DNA of 64,000 bases from Vicugna vicugna (Eukaryota), in the NCBI GenBank assembly GCA_013265495.1, contig MU058139.1:310001-374000 (forward strand), given 5' to 3'. The notes below the pieces were generated by a model. That model made no database searches, was not told where the DNA came from, and was given only the letters and a program-made list of their open reading frames with translations. Both the position numbers and the translations under genes were made by a program. The first letter of the stretch is position 1. Every line of letters starts with the position of its first letter. Positions 38,945 through 52,539 of the stretch are shown here, piece after piece.

Positions 38945-39815
38945 TCTCCACCCAATTGCCCTTTCTTCAGTCTTTGTTATCTCAGTGAATAACTGTGCCA
39001 GACTTCGGGTTGCTCAAGTCAGAAGCCTTAATGCCTGCTTTGGAGTCCTTTGTCTCACACCTTACACTGCATCCATGAGCAAGTCTCATTGGCTGTATCT
39101 TTAAAAGTGATCCAGAATCTAACTCCTTCTCGATACATCCACTGCTCCCACCAACAGCACTCACTCAGTTTTACTTTCATGACTCCCAGCTGCTCAGCCT
39201 ACTGCCACCCTGGTCTCTTTGCATCTCAACACAGCAGCCAGAGTGAATCAGAACGTGTTGCTCTCCTGGAAAACTCTCTAAGGACCTCTCATCTCACTCA
39301 GAGGGAAATCCCAAATCTTCACAAGGGTCCAACCAGCCTTGTATTATCTACCGCCGCTTCCTTCTCCTGCCTGTGCATCTTATCCCAAATTCCCCTCCTC
39401 TGTTGCTCACTAGGACCCACCACCCTGGTCTCCTCTCTCTTCCTGGAATATGCTGAATGCTCCCACCGCTCACTTCCCAGGTACCGTTGCCTCTGTCTGG
39501 AATGCTCCTCCTGGATGGCTGCCTGGTTCACTCCCTCAGTTCACTCAGGGCTCTGCTCAGATGACTTGATCCATGAAGCCCTCCCCAAGTACCTACACTG
39601 AACAGACCCCCACCCGACACTGGTCTGTCCCTTTCCCTGCATTGTTGGTTCCACAGCGCTTGACACCAGTCGACATTCTGCGTGTGTATTTGTCTGTCTG
39701 TGTATTGTCTTCTCCTCCCACGAGAACGTGCACTCCACTGGGACGTGCACTTAGTCCCCTGCTGAATTCCCAGTGCCTGGCACGTGACAGACACAGTAAT
39801 TGTTGAATGAATCAA
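38945..39815 (+). mobile_element. L2 (L2a-like) 3' portion
   Basis: cctctgtctggaatgctc; ends cagtgcctggcac...ttgttgaatgaat. Confidence 0.75.
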
Positions 39816-40329
39816 CAGAAGGACTATCACTGTCCTTTTCAAAACCAAGCCAGATTTTTCAGTTTCATTGTCTCCTACGGGGCAGTAAATCCAAAACTAT
39901 GAAACGTCTCTGTAGGTTGCTATCACTTTGTATTGTCCTAAAATGATCATATTCAAGCTTCAAGTTTTTTCTCCCTAGTTCTAATATCTGAAGGACTGAA
40001 ATGTTGTCTTTTATCAGATATTGAAAATTACAGAACCTGGTGTGTTTTCTTTTACTTGGAAAATAGGAAGTTTTGGACTAAGCTTGCTTATTCTAAAGAA
40101 ATATTTTTTCCTATTGCTGAATGAATAATAGACAAGAATGAAGTAGAAAAAAATTAACCACTCCTGCTATACCATATTTTGATACATTTTCTTATTTTTC
40201 TTGGCGATTAATATTATGTACTTTTAAATGACATTATGTAGTTGTAATCATGTGACATTCATTTGTATACTAATTTTCATCCATTTTTCTTATTATAAGT
40301 ATAATGGATGCTATTGAAAGGTGTTTGGA

Positions 40330-41760
40330 GAGTTCAGAAAACAAAAACTATAAAAATATTTGGAATTCTACACAGCCATTACTAAAATTTTGATATATAT
40401 GTGAACAATTTTTTCCCTTTGAGATAGTACTGAAATATGGTCATGAGGATCTTACCAGCAGAATATCCACATGCCCTACAGGAAAGATAATCTGAAAAGT
40501 CATAGTTTCCGAATTCAAATAATAAAATTCACTGCATCCGCCACAAGTTCTGAATCGTGTCTTCCTTTTTGCTTCCCCATCTCTGAATCACAGATACCAG
40601 AGGCACCCATTTTCAACTGTTTCAGCTGCTTCTTTTTGTCTTTATGTCATTATTTCAAAATACTATTCCTGTTCTGCTGCTGTACTTTTCCTGTCTTAGA
40701 CATTATCTATCCACGTCCAACTGCGGAAGGTGAGGATTCAGCTGTCTTCAAAAACCACCCCACCTCCACCACAAATGCACACGGGGGTATGAGCGGTTCA
40801 CTTCCTCCCCCAACTTCCTCCCCAGATACTTCAGTCACAGATTGGTTTAAACTGTTACTCAGTGTTTACAAGACTATGTTTATGGAAACGTCACTCCCAC
40901 GGAAGCCAGTGTACTCTGGTAGCATTTGCTTTTGTCTCTCCAATAGCCATAATTGTGTCCTTTTTACACTTTCATGGTTTTTCTTGGTTTTCTGTATTTC
41001 TATCACTCAGTCTTCCATACAATTTCCACTCCAGGCGTTCATCCCCACCTTACATGATAAAGCACATCTATCAGTTTCACTCATTTTCCTTAACGAAGTT
41101 CTTCCTTGAACCTCTGCCCATCAGCTGCATGCTTCATACCTGCTGTCATGTTCAGTTTTCTTTTCCTTACAAATTTGCAAGCCCCTTCATTCCTCCTCTG
41201 GGCTGGATATCTGGCTTTATCATATGCACACTTTTCTTTCTTGGTTAATTTCCTCTTTTTAGTGAGGCATGTGCTCTTGTGGCCCCCCAAGGGCATGGGC
41301 AACAAAGTTTCGGAGGATGTGAATACTTGTAATTATCCTTATTTTACCCTCATCTTTGCATATATTATATATTAAAACATCATATATTCAATATATTTGC
41401 ATGCATATATGAATATATTAATTTTAATCATTTGAAGCTCTCTGTTGCTTCTTTGTGAGTCAGTCTCCTTCAGATTCCTGTTTCTTATTTACTTATATTG
41501 GTCTCTGGCTTTTACATTGGACGCTTCCCTAAATGTCTGGTGACCCTGGACTGTTCATTCATGTTTAAGGATGAAGTGTGAAAAGGCTGATGGGAAGCTC
41601 TGTATGCATGGCTGGGGCTGTCCACTTGTGGGCTTCATGGGAGGTGATGGGGGGTGGGGACCTAACTATGGAATTAGGGGAAACTACAAATGTCGTATTA
41701 CAGGTCTGTTCTCCTGGGAAGGTTAAAACTCCATCAAAGGATCACTTTCAGAATAGATTT
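40330..41760 (-). mobile_element. Ancient L1M-like fragments
   Basis: T-rich degenerate sequence (ttccctaaatgtctggtgaccctggactgttcattcatgtttaag). Confidence 0.45.
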
Positions 41761-41914
41761 CTTTTCTGAATCTTTAACACAATCCCCACATTCCTTTTCT
41801 CTGAAATCTATTTTTATAGGTTCAATGTTTATTGTGTTTCCTCTTCATTCTGCCCCAAACAAGGGGCTGTGGTTTGCCCTTTGCTTAGCTTTTATTTACT
41901 TAAGAACTTGTCTG

Positions 41915-41972
41915 AAAGAAAGGAAGGAAGGAAGGAACGGAAGGAGGGAGGGAGGAAGGAGGAGAGGAAGGG
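41915..41972. repeat. (GGAA/GGAG)n purine tract
   Basis: Direct reading. Confidence 0.85.
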
Positions 41973-43618
41973 ACATTTCCTAAGATCTGCAGGCTGTGCA
42001 AAGGCAGATTTGAGTCCACAGCTTCCAGACTAATAGCTTATCCAGGTGGCCCGACCACACAGTTCCTCCATACCCAGCTGCCTATTTCACTCTCTGCCCA
42101 GATGGAGAAGAAAACCTAAACCATCCTGCGTGCACTACAGTAAGACCGGAGCCTGATTTCATTCCTGCTTCTAGCCAATGCTAGAGCGTGTCCTGAATCT
42201 CATATACCCACTTCCTACCCCACTGTTTTCCGGGAGATGGAGTTTGTGCTTACAAACAGGAGTAGAGGAGGACTTTGGAAACAGCCCTCTTGTTGCTCCT
42301 AAAAGGGTGAAGGCCATTGACCACAGCGTCCCACGTAGTCTGTTAGCCTTGTAGTCGCTCAGGACCCCTTCAGATTCTGGTAACGCGTTGCCCGCTCCTG
42401 TTTTCAGTGTTACTGACGGTACGTACATGTCACCTTCTGTTTCTTTATGCATTACTTTGTGATTTGGAATCAGAGGGTTAATTTGATTTCCAATTTTATT
42501 ATCACTGGCTCTTTGAACTTCAGCAAATTGCATAATCTTTCTAAATTCTAGCGTCTCAAACTAGGAAACAGGGATAAGGGTATATAAGTCTGAGAGGTTA
42601 TTTTGCTAATCAGATAAGGTGATCCACGTGGGTTATTAGCAGAGTCTGGTGTTTTGTCTGTGCTCAGGAAACGATAAGAAATGCTGTGTCTGGTCCTATG
42701 AGCTAGAAGACATTTTAAATCAGAAGCCCCCAAAGAGCTAAATTTAATGATCAATTATGGTAAACAGAAAAGCTTACATCTTTTGTTATGGAATAAATTA
42801 TCCTTCTCCATAGCTCTTAGTGTCAAACTCTGCCTCATTATTGCTAATTGTGAGCCATCCAAATCCTTTTTAAGAACAGGAACAACAATCACTCACTCAG
42901 TCAATTATTGTTTAGTTACTTCTGGATCTTTCTTGAGCTGTGCTAAAATATTCCCTTGGCTTTGTACAGAGGTAGAAGGATATTTTGCCAATTATCCTAA
43001 CTGTGTGCATACCTAGAGTCGTTTAATATTTCCCAGTCAACAATGCTCTAATCCATTTTAAAAATTTCAAACTAGTAAGAAAATTGAAGCTTTGAATCCA
43101 TAGGTAATTAGGAAAGAACTATGGTACTGAGATTGAGGTTGAGTTTTAAAATTACTTTTCAAGGCATTTGGAAATATTTGAGTTGTTCTGTACTTAAATC
43201 ATCAAGACTAACGTTTAAGCCCTCTTTCCAAACATCAAAGGTCCTGGTGTGTTGTTAAGAAAAGCTGCGCCCCTGGTGAACTCTGTGAACTAAGATGCGC
43301 GCGTGTTAGCATAGTGACTTTACATTTTGAGTGCAGTTTCTGGTTGCAAAGAGCATAGCAGTTTTTCATTTGTCACCACATGGCAGGAAGGCGCTACTGC
43401 AATATTTCTATTTTAGTGCAATGACCCTGAGGCCACAAAATGTGCTCCGGATACTGTAGTGACTTGTGGCACTGGGCTAAGTGCCCATGTTGTGAATGAA
43501 TTCATTTTAGCGCAGTTTCATTAAAAGGAAGCATCTCTGGGCTGAGAACATCGCCTCCTAGGAATACTCAATAAGATCGAGTGTGTGTCTAAAGGTTTAA
43601 ACTATTTTTTCCCAACAG

Positions 43619-43790
43619 GTGTTTAACGGCATTAGAAGTAACTCACCACAGCTAGAGAAATTGTGCAGTAGTGTGAACGGCAGCAATGAGATCAGATCTT
43701 CAGGAAATACAATGAAGGTCATTTATTTCACAGATGGGTCCAGGCCATATGGAGGCTTCACTGCCTCCTACACATCCAGCGAAGATGCAG
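43619..43790 (+). CDS. CUBN: CUBN exon ~49, CUB18 C-half
   Basis: cag|GTG TTT...GCA G|gtaatt; 172 nt; [16 protein letters not shown]...SSEDA. Confidence 0.96.
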
Positions 43791-44899
43791 GTAATTTAAG
43801 ATGTTATAAATAAACCTGTTTTACCCCGGGCACTGCAGCTGTCCCACAGACACTGCCAACCACAGCAGAGCCATCCATTGTCCCTTCAGAGATGAAAGTT
43901 ACCCCAGGATCTTCCAAAGAAGACGGACACAACCAGATAGAAAACCCCTGCTGGGGAAAAAAAAAAAAAAGCCAAACCAAAAGACAAACGACCTCTAGTT
44001 TAGGAAAAGAAAACTGCTATTGTGAATTAGCACCTTGACAAATGCTGTTAGAAGAGCTTCTAGCTCACCTCCACACAATGTCGCCATTACGGTTGGTTGC
44101 CAATTCCACAGTCCTTGGTCCATTCTTTTGTGCTGGAAGAGACCATCTCCCTCTTGGAAGGTAACTTACTCCCACAGAGTAACTACTTTATTTGAAAACA
44201 GATTTTATTGTTTCTTAGTCATTCATCCGTCCATCCATGTACAGATTTCCAGCACACATGAATGGGGGTTCATGTATGATGTAGAGTATTTGAAATTAAG
44301 CAAAATATGGCCTTTCCAATCTAAATATCCTACTTTCTGGATTGGTGTTATTATCTAAGAGCTTTAAAATTTAGGAAGAGTAGAACTGAATATTTAAAAA
44401 AAGCATTTAAGTTATTTCATTGACACAAGGAGCATTCGTTCTCTGTTAAAGGGGGCAAATTCATTGGAACACCAATGTTATATTAGCTGTTTGATCCAAT
44501 TAAATTCTCAGGCCAAGGGGAAGAGTGCTAATCAGAAATCACTAAGACCACTGTGATGTATAGATATTGCTCTAAATTAAATATTAATGAACGGTAGGCG
44601 CACTTAGGAAACACTGATGCACAGCTAAACCCCACCCACCTCATCTACACCTACAGGGAAAGAAAGAAGCTGCTTGATTTTGCAGATCTTTCTTTCTAAA
44701 CCCACAGGAACTTCTCCTACAGTTGGCAGGCGTGAGCCAGCCCTTCACCCACAACGCTGACATCAGCTAGAAAAATAAACGGAAGCAATAAAAAAAAGCT
44801 GCCGTGGTTATTGTAGTTACTGTTTCTGTATTGTTCTGTCTTTGTTACAGCATGAATCTTACTACTGCTTTCTCCATTTCGTTGCCTTCTGTTCTCTAG

Positions 44900-45106
44900 T
44901 GTGCGGTGGGTCCCTTACAAATATTCCTGAGGGGAACTTTACTTCTCCAGGCTATGATGGTGTCAGTAATTATTCAAGCAACCTAAACTGTGAATGGACC
45001 CTCAGCAATCCAAATCAGGAAAACTCCTCCATTTACATTCATTTTGCGGATTTTTACCTAGAAAGTCACCAAGACTGTCAATCTGATGTCCTTGAGTTCC
45101 GAGTAG
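44900..45106 (+). CDS. CUBN: CUBN exon ~50, CUB19 N-half
   Basis: tag|TG TGC GGT...GTA G|gtgagt; 207 nt; [18 protein letters not shown]...DVLEFRV. Confidence 0.96.
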
Positions 45107-46360
45107 GTGAGTTCAATCAAGGAACACATTCTCGCATTCATCTACAGCATTCTCCTATGCCTGGAGACCACCCACAAGGAAGGAAGTCAAATGGCTATAT
45201 TATGTGTGCACAGGAACCCGAAGAACATCATGCAGACAAAGCCATCATCCCATGTGTGCCAAGCTGAGGAACACACACCCCATAAACAGGGAATGAGACA
45301 GATCAGTATTTACAGCTAGACCCTGTGTCTCAACTGATGTGATTTACCCCAGAGAGATTCTGGTTTGACTTTGCTCTCTTAATGAATTCAGGTGGTCCCT
45401 TCAATTCTCATCTACTCAAGACTTTTTACTTGAGAGACTAGAATGTAGCATTCTACATTCAGAATGTGTTGGTGGTTTCCTGAATGTTCAGGATTCACAA
45501 AAGAGGCTGTGGAAGTCTCCCTAAGCCTTAGACGTCTAAAGAAGTATTGCAATGTGCTAGATGGAGAAGCACATGGAAGCTATTTAGGGAATTATCCCCA
45601 AAGCAGTCAAGTTTGTCTTTGTTTTCATAATAGAAATGGATTGACTATACCCAGTAAACTATAGTTCTCTTAAGAATTTTTTAAAAATCTGCATTCAGGA
45701 ATGATAACTCAATTTTAGTTCTTTCCAATAGTAGAGGCAAGAGTTATCCATCGAATGCTCCAAAGTAACATTGTAGATCTCATGCTGTCCAAGGTTCACT
45801 GAGTTCCTAGTTATTGCAAAATTTCAAGACAAGGAGGCTGAAAGCAGTGGAGGTTAGTAGAGTTGGCAGTGGCAGTCTACCGGGCCAATTACACAAGCTG
45901 ATGTTTGCTTTGAGAGCATGCAGGACAGAATTTTCTAGAAAAAGACTTCGATAAAGTTTGTGGTCACCGACCACCTTCCTCAGCAGAAGAATCATCTGGG
46001 CTTTCTGAGGTAAATGAACCTAGAAAAGGCTTAGGAGGGACACGGACTTTGTAGTTTGAGAATGTTCTCCATGTGATTCTGATAAACGCTCACCACTTCT
46101 GCCTGGTTCAAAACCACTGGCTGACAGACTCAAGCAGAACAGCTGTATATAAAATTTTGTTCAATGAAATACAGTCATTTTTGAGACAGAATACTATGTT
46201 TGTTGACTTGTGAGATCGGTGATGTTGTCTGACAGACTAAGCAGGGAGGAGAGAGTGTGAGCTATAAATGTTAATCAAATTACTGCAGAGAGTCATCTAC
46301 CTAAAAATACCTAGGTCCAAATCCGATATTCTTGGCCTGAGTACTGAATAGCCCATTCTA

Positions 46361-46550
46361 TTTATTTTATTTATGTGTTTTTATTTAAACTTTTAATTAA
46401 TTAATTTGTTTTTCTTGGGAGGAGGTAATTAGGTTTATTTACTTAATTATTAATATTTTTTTAAGTGGGGACACTGGGGATTGAACCCAGGACCTTGTGC
46501 ATGCTAAGCATGTGCCTTAAAACTTACCACTTGAACTATACCCTCCCCCC
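46361..46550 (-). mobile_element. Vic-1-like SINE
   Basis: ggggattgaacccaggacc...gcatgctaagcatg; gaggtaattaggtttattt module; T-rich tail. Confidence 0.88.
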
Positions 46551-47000
46551 AGTTCATTTTAGCTGAGTAAATAAAGTGAAGAAATCATTAAAATTTTAGG
46601 TAATCAGCAATTTTATCTTGCTAATATATTTGGTCACTATTGACATATTTTTTACTCCCTAAAAATAAAAAGCATACCCCAATTTTTTAACTTAGTTGTA
46701 TCTGTTTAGATACGCTAAAAATAATGATGAAAACACAAATTGAAACAAAATGGCACCTACAGTAGAGAAAAAGGTCCATATAAAAAAAAATTTTTTTTTT
46801 GCCCTGTTGGAGGCACTCTTTCCTTTGCAATTGGGAAAGACAGAAAGGCAATTTGTGAAATATTTGCTACTAAACCAGAATTTAATTGTGTGTCAATAAA
46901 TACCTCAGATTTTTTTTTTTATTATTTGTTCCTACTGAATTCAATGACTATTTTCCAAAAGATACATACACAATGGCACTTGGTGTGTTACTCTGTTCAG

Positions 47001-47150
47001 GTAATGCTGATGGGCTTCTGATATGGAGGCTTTGCGGTTCTTCACAACCTGCAGTACCACTGGTCATACCTTATCCTCAGGTGTGGATACACTTTGTGAC
47101 CAATGAACGTGTAGAACATGTTGGATTCCATGCACGATATACCTTTACAG
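47001..47150 (+). CDS. CUBN: CUBN exon ~51, CUB19 C-half
   Basis: cag|GT AAT...ACA G|gtagga; 150 nt; [12 protein letters not shown]...GFHARYTFT. Confidence 0.96.
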
Positions 47151-47289
47151 GTAGGACTTATGATAAGCTCTCCTACTTTGGCAATAAAATAATCGATACA
47201 TTTTAATGACATTTCCCACAACGATCTCACGTATATTTTGTTAGATTTATTTTTGGACAGCTATCAGGGCTGATTTTACTGGTAATGTC

Positions 47290-47925
47290 AATGAGACATT
47301 TAAAATTATACTTTCTAACTGGTTGTTGCCTGTCTCTAGGAATTTCTAAATTTTAATACATTGATCTACAGCCCAGAGATCTGCCTATATTCTTATTGGC
47401 TTAGAGTATTTCATCAAGAGATTATCTCTGGTTTTTCTATATAAACAATCATATCTTTTGCAAATTGATAGTGCTTTTTTCTTTCAAACCCAATTCTTGA
47501 TTTCTTTTTTCCTGTCTTATTTCACTAGCTGAGGCCATGATCGTAATGTCAAATGCAAGGGATGATGGCATCTTGTTTCTGACCTTAGTGTGAACGCCTG
47601 TGACATTTCTTTGTTAGATATATTGGTTATTCTTAGGTTTTCAAGAAATACTCCTTATCATATCAGAAAAAAAAACCTTTAATTAATAGTGTGCAAAAAG
47701 TTTTTTTTTTTCACTGTAAGATTTTGTCAGATAATTTTTTGGCATCTTTTGGGATGATCTAATTTTTTCCTACTTTAATATGTTAATGTAATAAATTGCA
47801 TTGAAAGATTTTTCTCTTGTTAAACCATCCTTTCATTTCCAGATAAATCTTGCTTGGTCATGATGTGTATTTTGGACACATTACTGAACATAATTTGCTA
47901 ATTCTTTGTGCTGGATTTGCACCAG
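47290..47925 (-). mobile_element. Ancient L1M ORF2 fragment
   Basis: acaatcatatcttttgcaaat; aaaccatcctttcatttccagataaatcttgcttggtcatg. Confidence 0.65.
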
Positions 47926-48956
47926 TGACATTCAGTTTGTACCTGAAAGTTCAGCTCCAGACCAGAGAACCCCTCCTTTCTGCTTATATGGACCATTAGA
48001 ATTTTTCTAGTCCATTGTCAGTCACAAGGCAGTCCTTTTAGATTTCCAACTTTATCTAAAAGTCTCAACTCCAGCCCTTTCTTTTGTGGAGGTCTGAGGC
48101 CATATGTTTTCTTTTTGCCTGATCATCAAAACCTCAAACCACATCTTGGTTCCATATCTTAGACTGACACACTTTGAATTTGAGATACCCCCTCAGAATT
48201 TGAGTGCATTTATTGTTTATAGACTTTGAAGATTTCCTTTCTTTCCCTTAAGTTTGGCTCTGAAGCAAATATATGTTGGCTATAATTTGATCTTGTATTT
48301 CTTTGTGTTATGAATGGTTGGCTGGAGAAAGGAGAGAGATTGATTACCTACTCAGTCAACCATGTTGCCAGTGGGTTTTTCTTTATCAGATTGAAAAGAA
48401 AAGACTCAGACTTCAGGAAGCAGTATTATTTGTGTGGAACACTAGACCACACTATACTTGAGAACTATGTCCATTTTTCAACTTGCTGTGCCAGTGTGTA
48501 CTTGGATAACTGACTGCAATATATATGTGTTTATCGTCAAGTGATGGGACTTGGTCATATTCTTCAAGCTTACATTTATTTTCACTGGCCTAGCTTTTTC
48601 CAAGAAGACCATGTTACTAACTTTGCCCTTAGTGTATTTACTGTCAGTTACATGCTCATCTAATTCTTCTCCATTTATGGTTCAGATGATCTTCCTTCTC
48701 CTTTGTATCCAACTTGAGTCCGTCTTCACTATGTGATTCTGTTTAACTAACACTCTGTGGGATTCTATTTATTTCTAATCTTTCATCTAGTTTTACTTTG
48801 CTTTCATCCAAATGTCACCTATTTATTCATTCAGTGTCCTTTTTAAAAAAAATCATAAAGTACAATGGCTATAAGTAGTATTTACTTTGGCTTTGCAGAA
48901 TTGGGTGGGGCTTTTTTCCCCCTGTCTTATTTAGAAGTTTACAAATCTAATTTCAG

Positions 48957-49078
48957 ACTGTGGCGGCATACAGATAGGTGACAGTGGAGTGATCTCAAGC
49001 CCCAACTATCCGGCCTCTTACGACAGCCTGACCCACTGTTCTTGGTTGCTGGAAGCCCCGCCCGGCCACACCATCACT
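48957..49078 (+). CDS. CUBN: CUBN exon ~52, CUB20 N-part
   Basis: cag|AC TGT GGC...ATC ACT|gtgagt; 122 nt; [18 protein letters not shown]...GHTIT. Confidence 0.96.
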
Positions 49079-49504
49079 GTGAGTTCTGATGTCTGGGTGA
49101 AACACTTCCGAAACTGTAGGACCAAAGCACCATGCTCTGTGGAAGCAGTGTTCTCTTAGTAAGCAAGTGATTAGATGAGGCTCTGATCCTGCCATCATAT
49201 CCTCTCCCCCAAAATTCTCTGATCCGAGTATACTCATGGGCATCTACAAGTTTATAGTTAATGAGAGATGGAATCTTTTTCAAGCACAGGAGAAGCCATA
49301 TAGAGAAGATGACTTCCCCATCGGGAGAGAGATGGATTCGTATTCTTGCGATGAGTTGCCACCCAAGTCCAGGGGACTGACCATGACCCTTATGACTCCA
49401 GTTCTGGGAGAAATTACCCCTTCTCAAAATTTCCAAGAGAAACTTCAATAAGAAAAATGAGAGGAGGGCAGGGGAAAATGAACTAAGAGACAGAAATAGT
49501 TACT

Positions 49505-49600
49505 TGTATATTCATGTAAGACTGAAAAATTGTGCTCTGCACCAGAAATTGACACAACGTTGTAAACTGACTATAACTCAATAAAATAAAATAAAAAAAG
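49505..49600 (+). mobile_element. L1 3'UTR tip, same family as the 6 kb L1
   Basis: Matches 21270-21350 (actgaaaaattgtgctct...ttgacacaac...ctataactca) plus A tail. Confidence 0.85.
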
Positions 49601-49720
49601 AAATACAAAATTATTCAAATTAAAACAAAATGAAAGGATTTGTCAGGATTTTAACCAACTATATAGAACTAAGCTCCCTTACTATTCAGACTGCCTCATT
49701 CCTTCTCTTTTCTCCTGCAG

Positions 49721-49946
49721 CTAACATTTAGAGATTTTGACATCGAAGCCCATGCAACCTGTGCCTGGGACTCTGTCACTGTCAGGAACGGGGGCTCTCC
49801 TGGATCGCCTGTGATAGGACACTACTGTGGAAGTTCAAACCCCAGGACGATCCAGTCCGGGTCCAACCAGCTGGTGCTGATTTTTAACACAGACCATTCG
49901 GTGCAAAATGGTGGATTTTATGCTACATGGAGTACAGAGACTTTAG
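49721..49946 (+). CDS. CUBN: CUBN exon ~53, CUB20 C-part
   Basis: cag|CTA ACA...TTA G|gtaaaa; 226 nt; [17 protein letters not shown]...ATWSTETL. Confidence 0.96.
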
Positions 49947-50314
49947 GTAAAAGAACATTCTCTGAACTTACTGTCTTTTTCACTGCTGTATTTTGAAAAT
50001 TGATTAATCCTGCAAGTATACATTTTGTACCAACTCTGTCTCAGACGCAGTTCTCAATATTTGCGCTTGCTGTCTCGGATAGCAACCTTGGAAGGAAAAC
50101 ACAACATCAGTACGCATTTTCTCCACTTGCTTAGGATAAATGGGTTGATAATTTTTGCAGGATATGTAGCTTATCATCCGTAGACTCAAGATTTGAATAA
50201 AAACAGTGGAGCCAAGAAACTTGGATCTGAATCATTCACCACAATGCTTCTCTGGGCAAAAGGGCATGGCACAACTAAAGAGTGACAAATATCAGAAAAT
50301 ATGTGTTGCAAAAT

Positions 50315-50602
50315 TCCAGTTATAAAATAAGTAAGTCCCAGGATTGTGATGTACAGCAGAGTGACTCTAGTTAACAATACTGTGTTGTGTATGTGAAAGT
50401 TGCTAAGATTAGAGGAGATCTTAAAAGTTCTCATCAGTTGAAAAAAAATTGTAACTGTGTGGTGATTGATGTTAACTAGACTTACTATAATCATTTCATA
50501 CTATGTACCTATATCAAGCCATTTTGCTGTATACCTAAAGCTAATAATGTTATGTGACAATTATATTTCAATAATACATATCTCAGTAAGTGGGGGAAAA
50601 AA
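50315..50602 (+). mobile_element. L1MA-like 3' end
   Basis: ccagttataaaataagtaagtc...gttaacaatactg...gatcttaaaagttctcatc. Confidence 0.7.
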
Positions 50603-51727
50603 GAAATTTTGTGTTGGAATCACAAGTAGTTTAAAATATTTAGAGCTTGGAAGCAGAGCGCTGGGTCGTGAGCTGAGGGCAGGAAAACCAGTAGTCCACG
50701 TCATGAAGACCCTTGGATTCTGTATTGTCCCTCAAGCAACAGGGAGCTAATGAAGAATTTTGAGCATCAAAGTGACAGGATAAGCTCTGTGGTTTAGAAC
50801 GGATGCTCTGTATGTGGCAAAACAGCACAGATTTGATTTCAAAAGATTAGTTGTTGTGCATGGAAGCCATGCACTTCATGGAAAGGCCCAGAAAATGTTA
50901 TGACTCACATTGGATACTTTTTGTCAGGATCTTCTTACTGCCTTGCAGTATCACACAGGGCAATTCTTTCTAGAAGACTCTGAGTTATTGAGAAGATCCT
51001 TGTGGAATGAGTCAGGCTGTCCCTTGGTGAACCCCTGGCTGCTGTTGAAATCAGAGGAGAGTTTTAGATGAACCACTGGTTTTCCAAGGGTTTAAAAGCA
51101 AAAGATACAGGGAATACCCCTTAACTTCGTTCTGTTTGGAGTTCATGTTTTTTCTTTTGTCCTAAGTACCTATCTTAACATTATATAAAAATTATTCTAG
51201 ATTTTGCTTTCTTTCAATCCCTGTAATTTATTTTCCATCTATCAGCCTTTCAATACAAATGAACCAGGCTGCTTAGTGGAAGATTTTGCCCTCCTCAAAA
51301 TCATTTTCTCCTGTCCAGCATGTTAGAATTAAATTGCAAATGAGTGTAGACTTGTTTTCTCATGTGTTAGTGGTAATAAAATACAAAACTTGGTGTTGCT
51401 GGTACACAAATTCCACACAGTCTCAAGGGGAGGGAAAAATATTGCTATTGTTCGAAGACAGGACAGAAATCTGTCTTCTTTATGGCATGGTCTCAGGTGA
51501 GTTCAGTGTAAATGTAACAAAACTAACAGCTGAAACTTCCTGTGGCCTCAGGGACCCTACGTTTACTGAGAGTTCTTGTAGACCTACCCTGAAGTCAGAG
51601 ACTCGTAGGCACTGAAAAGCTACACTAAAATCTCACGTTTAGAAATGTGTCTCCTCCAGAAGTCTGGGGTTACCAAAACTGTCATTGTCATCACACACTG
51701 ATGACTTTTTCCATGACAATTTTTCAG

Positions 51728-51915
51728 GTTGTGGTGGAATACTTCATTCGGATAATGGCACCATCAGGTCCCCTCACTGGCCTCAGAATTTTCCCGAGAA
51801 CAGCAGGTGTTCCTGGACAGTCATTACTCACCAAAGTAAACACTTGGAGATCAGCTTTGACAACAACTTCCTAATCCCCAGTGGTGACGGGCGGTGTCAG
51901 AACAGCTTTGTGAAG
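51728..51915 (+). CDS. CUBN: CUBN exon ~54, CUB21 N-half
   Basis: cag|GT TGT...GTG AAG|gtcagt; 188 nt; [18 protein letters not shown]...CQNSFVK. Confidence 0.96.
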
Positions 51916-52539
51916 GTCAGTGCGCTTGTTTATTTAATTGGAGCCGAGCTGGTTTCAGGAACATAAACGTTTAGATTAGAAATGACTCATTGCCTCTCCA
52001 AGTTAAAAAAGGACAATTCTGCTGCTTGGATTTCTCAAATGAAAAAGTGAGAAACCTCCACCATTAGGAGTTCAAATCTGAACCACAGTGCCCTTTGCCC
52101 TGTGAACTTCATTTGCTAATACATAAACAAAGATCTTTAATTTAGGAGGGTGTCTGGCCTTATGAAATTCTCATGAGCATCTATAGTTCTTTCTCTCTTT
52201 CTTTTCTTTTTCTGTTCTAATGGACCCTTAGGGACAAAATGAATGAAAGTTACCATGGCAGGCAGCAGAGCATCCTATAAAATTGTCAGAAGGCTGGACA
52301 TGTATTTAGTGCCAGTCTCCACCTTTAGCCTTAAACACCCATAAGTCGAAAAGACCAGGAGGGACCCACATAAAATGATGGCCAGGGGGTAGTCAGTCAG
52401 GCTCTATTCCTCTAAAGTTAGAAATGTGGCTCTTGTGGCACTTACATCCCCTTTCAGTGACTTACGACATGACTGTATCATAAATTCATTCCATCTGTGC
52501 TATTTTGCATCTTATATGTTATATCTCTAAGAGGCTCTA

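Noticed and set aside
40471..41109. 212-aa ORF (also the 174-aa and 183-aa ORFs at 38427-39601)
   Set aside because: Low-complexity translations of degenerate repeats with no recognisable domain
43260..43565. Several CTCF-like motifs upstream of exon 49
   Set aside because: Each has two or more core mismatches; cannot be supported without ChIP or conservation data
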